Below, piece after piece: positions 22,661-36,360 of a stretch of DNA of 64,000 nt (within the stretch, counting starts at the first letter, position 1; the number at the start of each line of letters is the position of its first letter). Under the pieces are notes generated by a model. The model did not search any database. It was not told the DNA's origin and worked only from the letters and a program-made list of their open reading frames with translations. This DNA is from Octopus sinensis (lineage: Eukaryota), in NCBI RefSeq assembly GCF_006345805.1, contig NC_043004.1:434001-498000 (forward strand). The letters are read 5' to 3'. A program made the translations under genes and the position numbers.

Positions 22661-24896
22661 AATGAGTTTTTACAAATTACCTTGATGGCATTTGGGTGGG
22701 GAATGGGTGGTGGTGATTAGGATGAATGTAGGCATGACCAAGCAGTTAAAATGTTTACTTTACAGCCACAAAGTACAGGGCTCAATTCCACTGCATGTCA
22801 CCTTGATTAAGTGTCTCTTTTGCCAAACAGCTAAGTTACGGGGATGTAAAGACACCAACATTGGTTGTCAAGTGATGATGGGGGGGAACAAACACTGACA
22901 CACACACATATATATACATATATGACGGGCTTCTTTTAGTTTCTGTCTACCAAATCCACTTACAAGGTTTGGTCAGCCTGAGGCTATAGTAGAAGACACT
23001 TGCTCAAAGCTCCACAAAATGGCACTGAACCCAGAACCATGTAGTTGGCAAACAAGCTACTTACCACACAAGCACATATATGTATAATCATGTTAAAGTC
23101 CCCTTTTCCATGTATGCTTGGGTTGGGCAGAATTTATTGAGACAGATTTTCTATGGCTGGAAACCTTTCCTTTTGTTGATTCTCTCCGGTTTCCAGGTAA
23201 GTTAAAGTTTCCTCAAGGCTGGACAGGTTTTTCGCAGAAGATTTGAAATGAGTGATACATTTGTATGATGGTGATTTCTCATTTACAAACTTCATGTGAT
23301 TTTGAGGACAAGGAGATGCAAACATACATATACACATCTACATATATGATGGGCTTCTTTCAGTTTCCACCGACCAAATTCACTCACAAGACTTTGGTCA
23401 ACCTGAGTCAACCTGGGTCTATAGTAGAGGACACTTGCCCAAGGTTAAGAAAAGTGAATTAAAAACCCTTGGTAGTATTTGTTTCTCCCAAGTTGCACAT
23501 ATACCCCCTTATCATTCTTGCTATTGTGTAAGCAGTCAACGGCCCAGTGGTTAGGATAGTGGACTCGCGGTCGGAGGATCGCGGTTTCGATTCCCAGACC
23601 AGGCGTTGTGTGTGTTTATTGAGCGAAAACACCTAAAGCTCCACAAGGCTCCGGGAGAGAGTGGTGGCGACCCCTATTGTACTCTTTCGCCCCAACTTTC
23701 TCGCACTCTTTCTTTCTGTTTCTTGAGTAACACTGAGATGGACTGGCATCCCATCAAGCTGGGTGGGGGGAACACATATGCCACAGAAACCAGGAAACCG
23801 GGCCCATGAGCCTGGCTAGGCTTGAAAAGTGCACATAAATAAAAAAAAATAAAATGACTGACATCCTGGAAACTGGTAACCAGTAATAATACGATACATG
23901 GTATGTGATTTCTTGGTTATATCACAATATTAATTATATATATATATATATATCTCAACTAGAAAAAGAAAACTTTTCTTTCAAAAGAATAAAAAATGCC
24001 AAGGCATTATCTTTTATTAGTGCATAAAATACTATTAGTAGCAAACTAGTGGGTAGGTACTGAAAGATTTGTGACTTTTATTGTGTTAGGGAGAGGTATT
24101 GAATAATGTCTACATTTGTGAGTATGAATGGATATAAAGAGGGAAGGTTTTTATTCACAAATGACACATGAAGATTAAACCTGTTTTACTAGAAATCAAT
24201 GAAAATATATAAAAATAAACAATGAAACAGATAAAGAAAAAGAACTGGGCCAGATTGGAAAGTGTTGTGTGAAAGTTAATGGAATGTTCCTCCATCTGAT
24301 TTGTTTACTTAAATTTTTCTTAAAATTTTTTTTTTAATGCTGTCAACACACAACTGCTCACTCCACCACCTCCATCACCATCATGATTTAGTTGTTTGAA
24401 CTGCTAGAAATGATAGCTTAACCTCACCCAAATCATTCCCAGCTATCCTAGAAAAAGAAAGAACATACTAGATAAAAATATTTCCTTAGTTGCAGTTATA
24501 ATGTCTGAATAAAAGACATGATGGCCACGATTGGAATTTGCCTCTGATCATAGATCAATTAGGGTTGAAGTGGATCAATCGCAACAACAATGCCATCATA
24601 TTGATGACATAAACGTTGATACATAACAACATAAACTAGAGACAACAGCATTCAGTGTCAACATCATGAGCCAAGAAGGAAACCTCCACTTGGTTATTTA
24701 AGCACTAAATGCCTTGCAAACAGCTTGCACATGCAATCAAAAAACTCCACATACTAGAAGCCAGCAAGTGTATGGGGTCGTCAGGAGTGAATGCGCGCCG
24801 TTTTGGTGCCTACCTCTCAACAGCATCAATGCGCACTAGCACCCCCTCACTGATATGAGGCCCCACTTGCTAGATCAGCTGGTTATCAAATAAAGC

Positions 24897-25218
24897 TCAA
24901 TATTCTTCTAGCCATCGCTCATCGTCTCTTTTTAACCAAATCCAGTGGCTAGCCTTCTCCACTGTAGTTTGGATATCGGTCATAGTGGTATTGACTTTAC
25001 GATGAGTTAGGCCTAACGATAACAACAGTCGTCTCACACTGTGTCCAACGAAACCTCTACATCCGACTTCGATTGGAAAATGCTCTGCTTTCCAGCCTGC
25101 GTCTTCACATTCCTCGAGGAGGTTTACATAATGGTCAATCTTTCAAGCCCAAGCAGTGTCCATATTGTCTTCATGAGGAACCGTTAACTCGACTAGATTT
25201 ACAACTTTCCTTCTTTCA
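24897..25218 (-). pseudogene. Non-LTR retrotransposon restriction-like endonuclease C-terminus (HERO/NeSL-like)
   Basis: RKVVNLVELTVPHEDN..A..*KIDHY..L..EC..AGWKAEHFPIEVGCRGF...EKASHWIWLKRD; one in-frame stop; 5'-truncated. Confidence 0.8.
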
Positions 25219-26145
25219 CACATAAAATAGCAGTCAAATCTCCCTCATATCATATGGCATGTAAAAGCACACCATTCGAGTCTGATCGTTACCAATGTTG
25301 CCTTACTGGCACCTGTGCCGGTGGCATGTGTAAAAAGATTTCAGCGAGGTCATTGCCAGTACCGCCTGACTGGCCCCCGTGCCAGTGGCACATAAAAAGC
25401 ACCCACTACACTCTCGGAGTGGTTGGCATTAGGAAGGGCATCCAGCGGTAGAAACACTGCCAGATTAAAATTGGAGCCTGGTGTAGCCATCTGGTTCGCC
25501 AGCCCTCAGTCAAAATCGTCCAACTCATGCTAGAATGGAAAGCGGATGTTAAATGATGATGATAATGATGACGCACACACACCTTTTATCTTTTACTTGT
25601 TTCAGTCATTAGACTGTGGCCATGCTGGAGCACCACCTTGAGTTTTTAGTTGAATGACTTGACACCAGTACTTTTTTTTATGCCTGGTACTTATTCTATC
25701 GGTCACTTTTGCCAAACTACTAAGTTGTGGGGACTTAAATACACCAACACTGGCTGTCAGGTGGAGGAGAGAGGTACACACACACAAAAACACAAACACA
25801 CACACACACACAGACATACACACACACACATGACAGGCTTCTTTCAGTTTTCATCTGCCAGATCCACTTGCAAGGCTTTGGTCAGCCCAAAGCTAAACCA
25901 GAAGACACTTGCCCAAGGTGCTACGCAGTGGGACTGAACCCAGAACAATGTGGTGGGGAAGTAAGCTTCTTACCACACAGCCACACCTGTATATCAAGTG
26001 CCCTAAGCTGAGTTATTTATGGATAAACAAACTTTTGAATCAGTGACATATTTAATCTGTAAAATGGCCATTTTTCACTGTTACTTGCCATGGAGAAAAT
26101 TCTTGCTTTAAGCAATAGGTATCAAACACCATTGGTCAACTGCAG

Positions 26146-26281
26146 ACACTCTCTGATAGACTGAGGAATGCAGTTCTAGCTGCTTGACCATCATCAGTAA
26201 TGAGTACTATCAAAGAAGACAAGCCTCGGCTGACTTTGGATGCTATCTTTTCATTTATTAGAAATCTGCAAAAACTATTAC
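26146..26281 (-). CDS. Candidate exon (…FLINEKIASKVSRGLSSLIVLITDDGQ…), boundaries uncertain
   Basis: Open frame of about 45 codons in a unique island; alternative acceptors give exon starts at 26281 or 26265. Confidence 0.4.
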
Positions 26282-28142
26282 CTCAGCCATGAAATTAGTT
26301 GCCAGGCTAGAATAAATTATATATTAAATATGGCATAAAAGGCACCATTCGAGCTTGATCGTTACCAGCTTCGCCTAACTGGCACTTGTGCCCCGTGCTG
26401 GTAGGGTGCTAAGAGCATCATCCAAGCGTGATCATTGCTAGAGCGGCTAACTGGCTTCCATGCCGGTGGCATGTAAGAGGCACCATTCAAGCGGGATCGT
26501 TACCAGCATCGCTTTACTGGCACCTGTGCCATTGCCATGTGTAAAAAGATTCGAGCGAGGTCATTGCCAGTAGTGCCTGACTGGCCCCCCCGTGCCGGTG
26601 GCATGTAAAAGGCACCCACTATACTCTCAGAGTGGTTGGCATTAGGAAGGGCATCCAGCTGTAGAAACTCTGCCAGATCAAGACTGGAACCTGGTGCAGC
26701 CATCTTGTTCGCCAGCCCTCAGTCAAACTGTCCAACCCATGCTAGCATGGAAAGCGGACGTTAAACGATGATGATGATGATAATAATCAATGTTCTGAAT
26801 TAAACAAACTTTTAAATCAGTTCATATATGACAGCCTTCTTTTAGTTTCTATCTTCCAAATCCACTTACAAGACTTTGTCAGCCTGGGGATATAATAGAA
26901 GATATTTGCCCAAGGTGTTGTACAGTGAGTCTGAACCGAAGAACACATGTTTTGGAAGCGAGCTTCTTACCCACCCAGCCACACCTGTGCCTATTCGCAT
27001 CATTGATTAATCTTCCTCTCAGTCATTAGTTCCAATTGCAGAATCTACTTCTTGGATTCCTTCAGCAAAGTCCGTTTTGGTTCCAGAAATTCAGGTAAGT
27101 TCTCCAACCTCAGGAAAGCTTCTTTCATTCCTTCATCAACTAATCTCAGACTATCTAAAAAGGATCATACGCTTTCTCTTTTAACCTATTTCTTTACTAC
27201 CCACAAGGGGCTAAACACAGAGGGGACAATCAAGGACAGACAAACGGATTAAGTCGATTATATTGACCCCAGTGCGTAACTAGTACTTATTTAATCGACC
27301 TCGAAAGGATGAAAGGCAAAGTCGACCTCGGTGGAATTTGAACTCAGAACGTAGCGGCAGACAAAATGCTGCTAGGCATTTCGCCCGGTGTGCTAACGTT
27401 TCTGCCAGTTCGCCGCCTTCATAATGATGGACAAAATGCCAAAGCATTTTGCCTGGCATGCTAATAATTCTGCCAGCTCACTGCTAGCTTTCTCTTTTAA
27501 CCAAACCACAGAAAAGATAAATAGAAAAACAAACTCAGTATCATTTTTGTCTCGGTCCTCTTTTAAGTACTGGCTAAATTCGGCTCCACTGATGAAATCT
27601 AATAAGCCTGAAACATGGTCAAGTTGTCTGTGCCTGCCAAACATAAGACTCAATCTCTTCTGCATGAACTGATATTATCTTTTACTTGTTTCAGTCATTG
27701 GACTGCAGCCATGCTGGGACACAGCCTTGAACAATTTAGTCAAACAAATCAACTCCAGTACTTATTTAATTGGTCTCTTTTATTGAAACACTAACTTAAA
27801 GGGGCATCAACAAACTGATATCAGTTGTCAACCACTGGAAGGGGGTCAAGACAAACACACATGCATTCACATATAAACAATGAGCTTCCACGCAGTTTCC
27901 ATCGACCAAAGTCACTCATAAGGCATTAGACAACCCTATAGTAAAAGACAGTTGCCCCAGATGCCACTCAGTGGGACTGAACCCAAAACCACATGGTTGC
28001 CAAAGCAAGCTTCTTAACCACACAGCTATGTCTGTACCTAATTTCTTTTATTAATTTGGATTCCAGAGTTGTCGCCCTTCCTTTTTTGTTTTTGATCTGA
28101 CATTAATTAATCAATAGAGTTATTATGGATTTTTCTCTTCAC

Positions 28143-28330
28143 TTCAGGAATAATGTAATTAATTAAATCTTTTAAACTCATTAAGTATATCAGCTTCCAT
28201 GTCTTCCTCATGTAACTAATAACATTTTGCATGAATGGTGAAGCTTTAGATGAGTTTTTGAAAGCAGTCAAACAGTCCTGGCTGGGAACAGAAACCAGAT
28301 TGAGGTGATTTTTTCTCTGAGAACTTAGTA
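28143..28330 (-). CDS. Candidate exon (LSSQRKNHLNLVSVPSQDCLTAFKNSSKASPFMQNVISYMRKTWKLIYLMSLKDLINYIIPE)
   Basis: ctgtactctag| acceptor and GAA|gtgaag donor; 188 nt open in AT-rich unique sequence. Confidence 0.55.
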
Positions 28331-28497
28331 CTAGAGTACAGAATTCATAATCATCACCACCACCACCACCACCCACTACAACCACCATCTCATCACTCAC
28401 AGACAAAGGTCCTTCAACCAGACTAAACACGTAGATGGGTAGGTGAGTAGACAAACAGGTAGGTGGGTAGGTAGTAGGTAGACAGATAGGTGGGTAA

Positions 28498-28870
<373 letters not shown>

Positions 28871-29032
28871 TTAGACAGATGCAGATAAGGCTGTTTAAAA
28901 ATCTCACTTTGCAGCCACAGGATTTTGAGTTCAGTCCCACTACACATCACCTTGGGCAAGTGTCTTCCACTATAGCCCTGGGATGACCAATGTGTTATGA
29001 ATGAATTTGGTAGATGGAAACTGTATGGAAGC

Positions 29033-29069
<37 letters not shown>

Positions 29070-30609
29070 GAAAAATGTATAAACAAATAACAACACATAC
29101 TGAATGTAAAAACAAAATGGGAGACAAACAGAAAGTCCATAATTCTTCATCAGCTATCAACCAATGGCCCTTTTCAGTTTCACACCTTATTGATAACTGG
29201 ATGGATAAATAAACGGATATGTGACAGTGTGTGAGTATTTGTGTTTGTTCCCTCACCACTTGATGACTGGTATTGGTTTGTTTACATCCATATAACTTAG
29301 CAGAACTTGACAAAAGAGACAGACAGAATGAATACTTAAAAAACGAAAATAAGTCCTGGGGTTGATCAGTTTGACTAAACTCTGTGAGATCAGTGTCCTT
29401 GCATGGCCACAGTCCAGTGATTGAATGGCACATTGGGTAACCCCACAGCATGGCACACTGGGCAAGTGTCTTCTGCAATAGTCTCAGGCTAACCCAAGAT
29501 TTGTCAGTCAATTTTGTAGCCAGAAACTGGAAGAAGCACATCGTGTGTGTGAGTATGTGTGTGTGTGCGTGTGTGTGTGTGTGTGTGCGTGGTTGTGTGT
29601 GCGTGGTTGTGTGTGCGTGTTTGTGTGTGCGTGTGTTTGTGTGTGCGTGTGTTTGTGTGTGCATGTGTTTGTGTTTGTGTGTGTGTGTGTCCTGTCACCA
29701 CTTGACAACTAGTATTGGTATGTTTACATCCCTGTAACTTAGCAGTTTAGCAAAAGAGACTGATAGAATAAGTATGAGGTTTAAGAAGAATAAGTACTGG
29801 GGTAAATTCATTCAAGTAAAAATCTTGAAAGCGGTGCCCCAGCGTAGCCACAGTCTAATGACTAAAGCAAGTCAAAGAGAGAAAGTATAAACGGTTGATT
29901 ACTTTTAATGTTTTATTCTTTCTTTTATTCCTGTAAAAATGTCATCGTCGTCATCATCATTAAACATCTGCTTTCCATGCTGGCGTGGGTTGGATGGTTT
30001 GACTGAAAACTGGCAAGGCAGGACGCTGCACCAGATGCCCTTCCTAATACCAACCACTCTGAGAATAAACTGGGTGCTTTTTACGTGCCACCAGAATAGT
30101 TGTGTTGTTTCTTTACTACTCACAAGGGGCTACACGTAGAGGGGACAAACAAGAACAGACAAACGGATTAAGTCGATTATATCGAACCCAGTGCGTAACT
30201 GGTACTTATTTAATTGACCCCGAAAGGATGAAAGGCAAAGTCGACTTCGGCGGAATTTGAACTCAGAACGTAGTGGCAGACGAATACCGCTAAGCATTTC
30301 ACCCAGCGTGCTAACAATTCTGCTAGCTTGCCGCCTTTTTCCAGTTATGTGCCACCAGTCATGGTTATGTGCTATCTTCCTGTAAAAATATGTTAACAAA
30401 ATGTGATTCATAAGATATAGAGGTAAAATTTTTTAAAAGTCAGGATGGTCATAATTGGCAGGTCTTTAATCATAAAAATGCTTGGTCAGCTTTGGTCACC
30501 AACAACAATGATGGGGATTAGATTTATTTAATCTAGCCAGACAGGGGTTTAACAAGTTCAGACATCACCTACTTTACAGCTCAGGGCAAAAATGATAACC
30601 ATCTCACAC

Positions 30610-30700
30610 TTATTTTAATTTCAGCATTTTGCAAATTAATTAGCTCGTTGTGGATCCATTTTAATAACCAAGTAAAAACTTTCTCTGGTTGGAATCCTAG
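30610..30700 (-). CDS. Candidate exon (LGFQPEKVFTWLLKWIHNELINLQNAEIKI)
   Basis: ctaac/ctaat branch point, gcgtag| acceptor, A|gtgtga donor; phase 0 to 1, compatible with 28143-28330. Confidence 0.45.
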
Positions 30701-33309
30701 CTACGCCCATGGTGTGAGCACAAAATTAGTTAGATATTGCTAACGGGTGCTGTTGCCTACTGAGGGTGAACAAAAGTTTAGTGACGAGTAGGAGGGGGTG
30801 TTTACATCGCAAGATACATTTCTATGAAATAGAGCAATAAGCAGGCATTCAGATATGGATGTGTGGGTGTATGTTTGTTTGTTGGCTTGTTTATATGGGT
30901 GTGTGTGTTTTTATATCTGTATAGCTTAGTTGCTTAGTGACTCTTGTGTGTCAATAAGCAGATAAGCAGTCATTGGATCAATTTGTATCAGCTGAGGTGG
31001 TTACACAATACTCACATCAATTCAAGCAGAAATACTTTTACACACACACCCACACACACAAATAAGTACACACATGTTTATACTACTGACGTGGGACACA
31101 GCAATACTACTGACGTGGGACACAACAATCCTCTTGTCTCACTGATTACAGAGAACAATTGTACTTAAGATACATACCATTGTAAACTAAGTCTACACAA
31201 CAAACTCCTTTCTGATCAAAACAGACTAAAAAACATCTTAAAAATGTCTATTCACTTTTTTAAGATATATCAACAATAAACAAGTACTTTGTTGTTGTTT
31301 TTGGGATTGATAAAAAGTAAAAACAAATAATAAAGAAAACAGCTTACCACCCTTCAAAATATGTTTTTCTTATCTTTATCTTTAGTAGTTGTTTTTCTTG
31401 CTGTTGCTTAGCCTCAGGTCAACCCTGATTAAATAGACCCATGATCAAAGGCATCCCAGCCATGACCATCAATGGAGACCCAGAGCCCTGTTAAGTTATT
31501 TATTGCAGTCAGAATCATGTAGGTCGAAATGCTAAGTGATATTTCACCTGTCTTGATGTTTTGGGTTCAAATCCTGCCAAGACTGATAAAATAAGTACCA
31601 GTTGAACACTGGGACTGACATGAGCTGCTAGATCCCCTCCCCACCCATCAAATTCCAGACCTTGTGTCTACACTAGAAAGGATTATTATTCTTATTATTA
31701 TTCAAGCTAGCATGGAAAGCGGACGTTAAAGAATGATGAAGATGATGATGATATATATATATATATATATATACACACACTGTGCTTGAGGAGACCTATT
31801 GATTCAAGTACATCAACATCAAAAAATCAAATGGAAATTGTAGTTGTGATATCAGTGCATGTAAAAAGCACCATCCAAATGTGGCCATATCCAGCGCCGC
31901 CTCGACTGACCTCCGTGCCAGTGGCACATAAAAAGCACCAACCGATCGTGGCCGTTGCCAGCCTCGCCTGGCATCTGTGCCGGTGGCATGTAAAAAGCAC
32001 CCACTACGCTCACGGAGTGGTTGGCGTTAGGAAGGGCATCCAGCTGTAGAAATACTACCAGATCAGACTGGAGCCTGGTACAGCCTCCTGGCTTCCCAGA
32101 CCCCAGTCGAACCGTCCAACCCCTTGCTAGCAGGGAAAATGGACGTTAAACGATGATGATGATGATGATTATAAAAGGTGGTGAGTTGGCAGAAGCACTT
32201 GCACACCAGGTAAAATGCTTAGCAGCATTTTTTCCAAATTTACATTCTGAGTTCAAATTCGACTAAGATCAAATCTGCCTTTCATCCTTTTAGGCTTGAT
32301 GAAATAAATACCAGTTGAGTATGTGGGGTGATGTAATCAAATTTGAAACTAATATTGCAAACTAATATTTTTCTAAGATAATAGTGTAATTTGAGTAAAA
32401 TTTGGCTGCTTGTTTTAGCATGTTGAATGATCTCGAAGAGGCAACCTCATTGCTTCAGTTGGCTGTCTTTTCCTAAGATAGCAAAGCGTGAATGAAGGGT
32501 GTTGTAGCAGCTACTTCTAGCAGACCAGTCAGGAGACCACATAGAAGGTCCCTTGGAAGTTTTGGTGTTTCATGTTTTTTCCTAGTCTGGGTGAGTGGTC
32601 AGTTTTGCTGGAAGTAAATGGTCAAAAGTGAAAGGAAAGGGAGTTTCATCAAAATTTGTGTTTTGCTGTCGAAATAAATAAACAAATGCGGTAAAAAAGG
32701 GTAAAGACCCCCTTTGGTCATGAAAGTTCCCCTCCGAAGCACAAGTCCAGGCAAAGTTGTTTATGGAAGACCAGCAGTCACCCATGCATACCGGCCTCCC
32801 TTCTCCACGCCACCAGTGTTATCCAAAGAAAAGGCAAAGGCCAATACATCTTGGCACCGGTGACATCGTAACTCATTTCTACAGCTGAGTGAACTAGAGC
32901 AACATGAAATAGAGTGTCTTGCTCAAGAACTCAACACAACACAATACACACACACATACATAAATAAGGTTAGCTGAGTTAGAGGTTAAAATAATCGTCT
33001 AAGGGATAAAAGTATCTATTACACTTCCAGTATATTACCAATGTTCAACCATGGGCATACATATGCAAGCATATTAAATTACAGGTATCTTCACCCCTCC
33101 CCCGACTAAAACCTATTGGCATATCCCACTTATTTTTTATTATTATCCATCCTATCCCCTCCATACAATGGACTAATCCACCAATTGCTATTTTTGGTTT
33201 AGTCATTTACTTAACGTCCCAAAGAGATACACAAGCAAAATGGTAGGATTACAACCATATTCAACTTATCCCTTTTCCTTCTCTATGCTCTTCTTCCTTA
33301 TTTATTCTT

Positions 33310-33424
33310 CACTCTGATGAAGCTCCATGTTTCAGATCAGTTTTATTACTAAATATGATAAATATTTTAGCATATCAATAGCAATACCATATCACACTGG
33401 AAGCAGAAACAGCTGTTAGATGGG
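33310..33424 (+). ncRNA. Degenerate type-I hammerhead motif (family 2, long loop II)
   Basis: cact-CTGATGA-agctcc...(about 70 nt)...ggaagca-GAAACAGCTGTT-agatg; palindromic stem III AACAGCTGTT. It follows a pyrimidine-rich, Penelope-like 3' region. Confidence 0.45.
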
Positions 33425-33544
33425 ATGCAGTCTATTTCTTTTGAATTAATAAATAATAACTGATGTAACTCAATTGTTATTCATCAATATTATTCCATTT
33501 CGTGGCTTCTTTTTTTTTTTCTCTCCTTGTTTTTTTCTGTGTCC

Positions 33545-33580
33545 CTTTCTGTAGAAGAGCGTAGGCTCGAAACGTAAAAG
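33545..33580 (+). ncRNA. Minimal type-I hammerhead motif (family 3, A6U core variant)
   Basis: CUUU-CUGUAGA-A-GAGC(guag)GCUC-GAAA-CG-UA-AAAG: stem I 4 bp, stem II 4 bp, ACGU stem III, GUA triplet. Confidence 0.6.
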
Positions 33581-34309
33581 ACTTTTTCTGTTCCTGAGCA
33601 TTATACTAATACATCCATTTATTTTGTACACCACCTGTCTTCGTCTTTTGTTTTTTTCGTAAACTCTCCCTATATATATATGTTCTTTTTATTTTTGCTT
33701 GTTTCAGTTATGGGACTGTGGCCATGCTGGGGCACCACCTTGAAGAATATTAGTTGCATGAATCAACTTGAGTATTTAATTTTTTTTCTTTATTTAAGCT
33801 TGGTATTTATTCATTCGGTCCCTTACATTGGTACTCTTCGAGCAGAAGATGAAGGGAGGGAGTAACTGTTGTACACATCAGAATAAATGGCAATTTCCAG
33901 CTGTGCCTCAGGGACATGGCTGCAAAGGCATTGCCACAGAGAATGGCCAGTAGCACATGTGGCAATAGCCATCCCACCTGACTTTGGTGCATGTCTCAGA
34001 TGACATTATCTCATGTAGTTTTATCATATGCAGACATCAGCGGTGTCCTCACAAGGAGATTTGGCTGTTATTTCAAGCTGCTTTACTTGTACTTTATTTT
34101 ATCAACCCACAAACGGTGAAAAGAAATGCTGCCCTCAGTAGGATTTGAACTCAGCAATTAGAAGTCAGAACAAATACCGAAAGGATGAAAGGTAAAGTCG
34201 ACCTTGGTGGAGTTTGAACTCAGAATGCAGCAACAGGCAAAATACCACTAAGCATTTTGTCCAGCGTGCTAACGATTCTACCAGTTCACCACCTTAATAA
34301 TAACAACAA

Positions 34310-34670
34310 GAGCATTCAGAAAGTGCAAACCTCCACCAAGGCAACGCCAACGTCCTCTTAATGATTAGCCAAAGATGATTTTTAAAATGAGAATATCTGA
34401 AATAAAATTGATTGCTCTCACAAACAAGAATACTAAAAATGAAACCAACCACTTTCAAAAATTAAGTAAAAAAACAGGAACAATAACCCAGAATCCTTGT
34501 CCAGTACTGGATTGATCCCAGAATTTAATCAGTTTGTGCCAGTCATGCAGCCTAACATCCCTGAAAGGTTCTTCTGAATCCATCTAGTGGTTCTTGAGAT
34601 ATCTTGTCCTTTGACAAACAAACACAACTGGAAACAATACCTCCACCTTTGCTAAGGCGGAGGTAATAAT
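34310..34670 (-). mobile_element. Helentron-associated (HINE/DINE-1-like) non-autonomous element
   Basis: The 5' end attacctccgccttagcaaag-gtggaggt is a short inverted repeat, followed by a (gttt)n tract and a gatatctcaagaacc...gatgaa core; copies at about 44415-44780 and 59505-59870. Confidence 0.5.
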
Positions 34671-35211
34671 CCTTTCTATTAAAAGCATAAGGCTTGAAAA
34701 TTTTGGGGAAGGGGGCTAGTCAATTACACCAACCCCAGCGTTCAACCGGTATTTTAATCGACCCTGAAAGGATGAAAGGAAAAATTGACCTGGGTGGAAT
34801 TTGAACTCAGAGCATAAAGACAGACGAAATGCAGTTAAACATTTTGTCTGGTGTTTTCAAGATTCTGCCAGCTCACTGCCTTAGTCATAATCATAATAAT
34901 AATAATAATAATAATGATGATTCCAATTTTTGGCAGAAGGCCTGAAATTTGAGGTATGGGGATTACCCTAGCACTTAAGTGGTGTCTGTTTTATCAACAC
35001 CGGATGGATGAACGGCAAAGATGACCTTGGTGGTATTTGAATGGCAATGGGCCAACAGTTTTTGTGGTGGGGAGGGGAGTTGATTACAGTGACCTCAGTA
35101 TTTGACTGGTACTTTATTTTATCAAATCAAAAAGAATGAAAGGTGAGATTTGAATTTAGAACATAAATAATGCAAAACATTTTGTCCAGCATTCAACCAT
35201 TCTGCCAATAG

Positions 35212-35325
35212 GAGGAGGAGGAAGAAGAAGAAGAAGAAGAAGAAGAAGAAGAAGAAGAAGAAGAAGAAAAAGAAAAAGAAAAAAAAGAAGAAGAAGAAGA
35301 AGAAGAAGAAGAAGAAGAAGAAGAA
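35212..35325. repeat. (GAA)n microsatellite
   Basis: Direct reading. Confidence 0.95.
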
Positions 35326-35961
35326 TTCTTTGAAGTTTTGGTGCAAGGCTAGACATTTTAGAGAAGTGTGTAAGTAGATTACATCAGCCGCCAGTGATCA
35401 ACTGATATTTATTGTAATGACCTTGGTAGGATTTGAACCCAGGGTGCAAAGCAGCAAGAGAAGCCGCTGAACTTCTTGTCTGGCACACTAAGGAATCTAG
35501 CAATTCACCCTCAAGGAATATTTAAGAAGAAGAAGAATCCATTTTACTTCAGGCATAAAGTCTGAAAATTTGGCGTGGCGGGGGAAGGGGGTCTAGTTGA
35601 TATCAACAGCCCCCAGCACTCAACTGGTACTTAGTTCATTGAGCCCAAAAGGATGAAAGGCAAAGCTGATCTTGGCAGAATTTCAACTTGCTATGCATTT
35701 TGTCTGGTGCGCTAATGACTGCCAGCTCACCATGCCACCCAGGGACCATTCAATCATACAATAAAAAAACAAAGACAAAAATATTATATGTTAGTAAACA
35801 GGCACAGGAGTGGCTGTGAGGGAAATAGCTTGCTTCCCAACCACATGGTTCTGGGTTCAGTTCCACTACGTGGCACCTTGCGCAAATGTCTTCTACTATA
35901 GCTTTGGACCAACCAAAGCCTTGTGAGTGGATTGGGTAGACAGAAACTGAAAGAAGCCCAT

Positions 35962-35998
<37 letters not shown>

Positions 35999-36360
35999 TT
36001 ATGTGTCTGTGTTTGTTCCCCCAACATCGCTTGACAACTGATGCTGGTGTGTTTACATCCCCGTAACTTAGTGGCTCAGCAAAAGAGACCAATACAATAA
36101 GTACCAGGCTTACAAAGACTAAGTCCTGGAGTTGATTTGCTCAACTAAAGGTCGTGCTCCAGCATGGCTGCAGCCAAATGACTGAAACAAGTAAAAGAAT
36201 AACAAAACGACAAAGTTACTTTAGAAGGCAACAGGATTAATCTGAGACCAAACAACAACAACAACAATTCTACAATCAAAAGCATTCCAACCACAAAACT
36301 TGTCTTTTTAGGGAGGCATTGAGGAGGGTTTCACTTTTGTATTTGCCATATGAAAAGTAT

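Noticed and set aside
23535-23600. Possible tRNA gene
   Set aside because: A/B boxes are present, but there is no full cloverleaf or acceptor stem and no oligo-T terminator. It continues into a SINE body.
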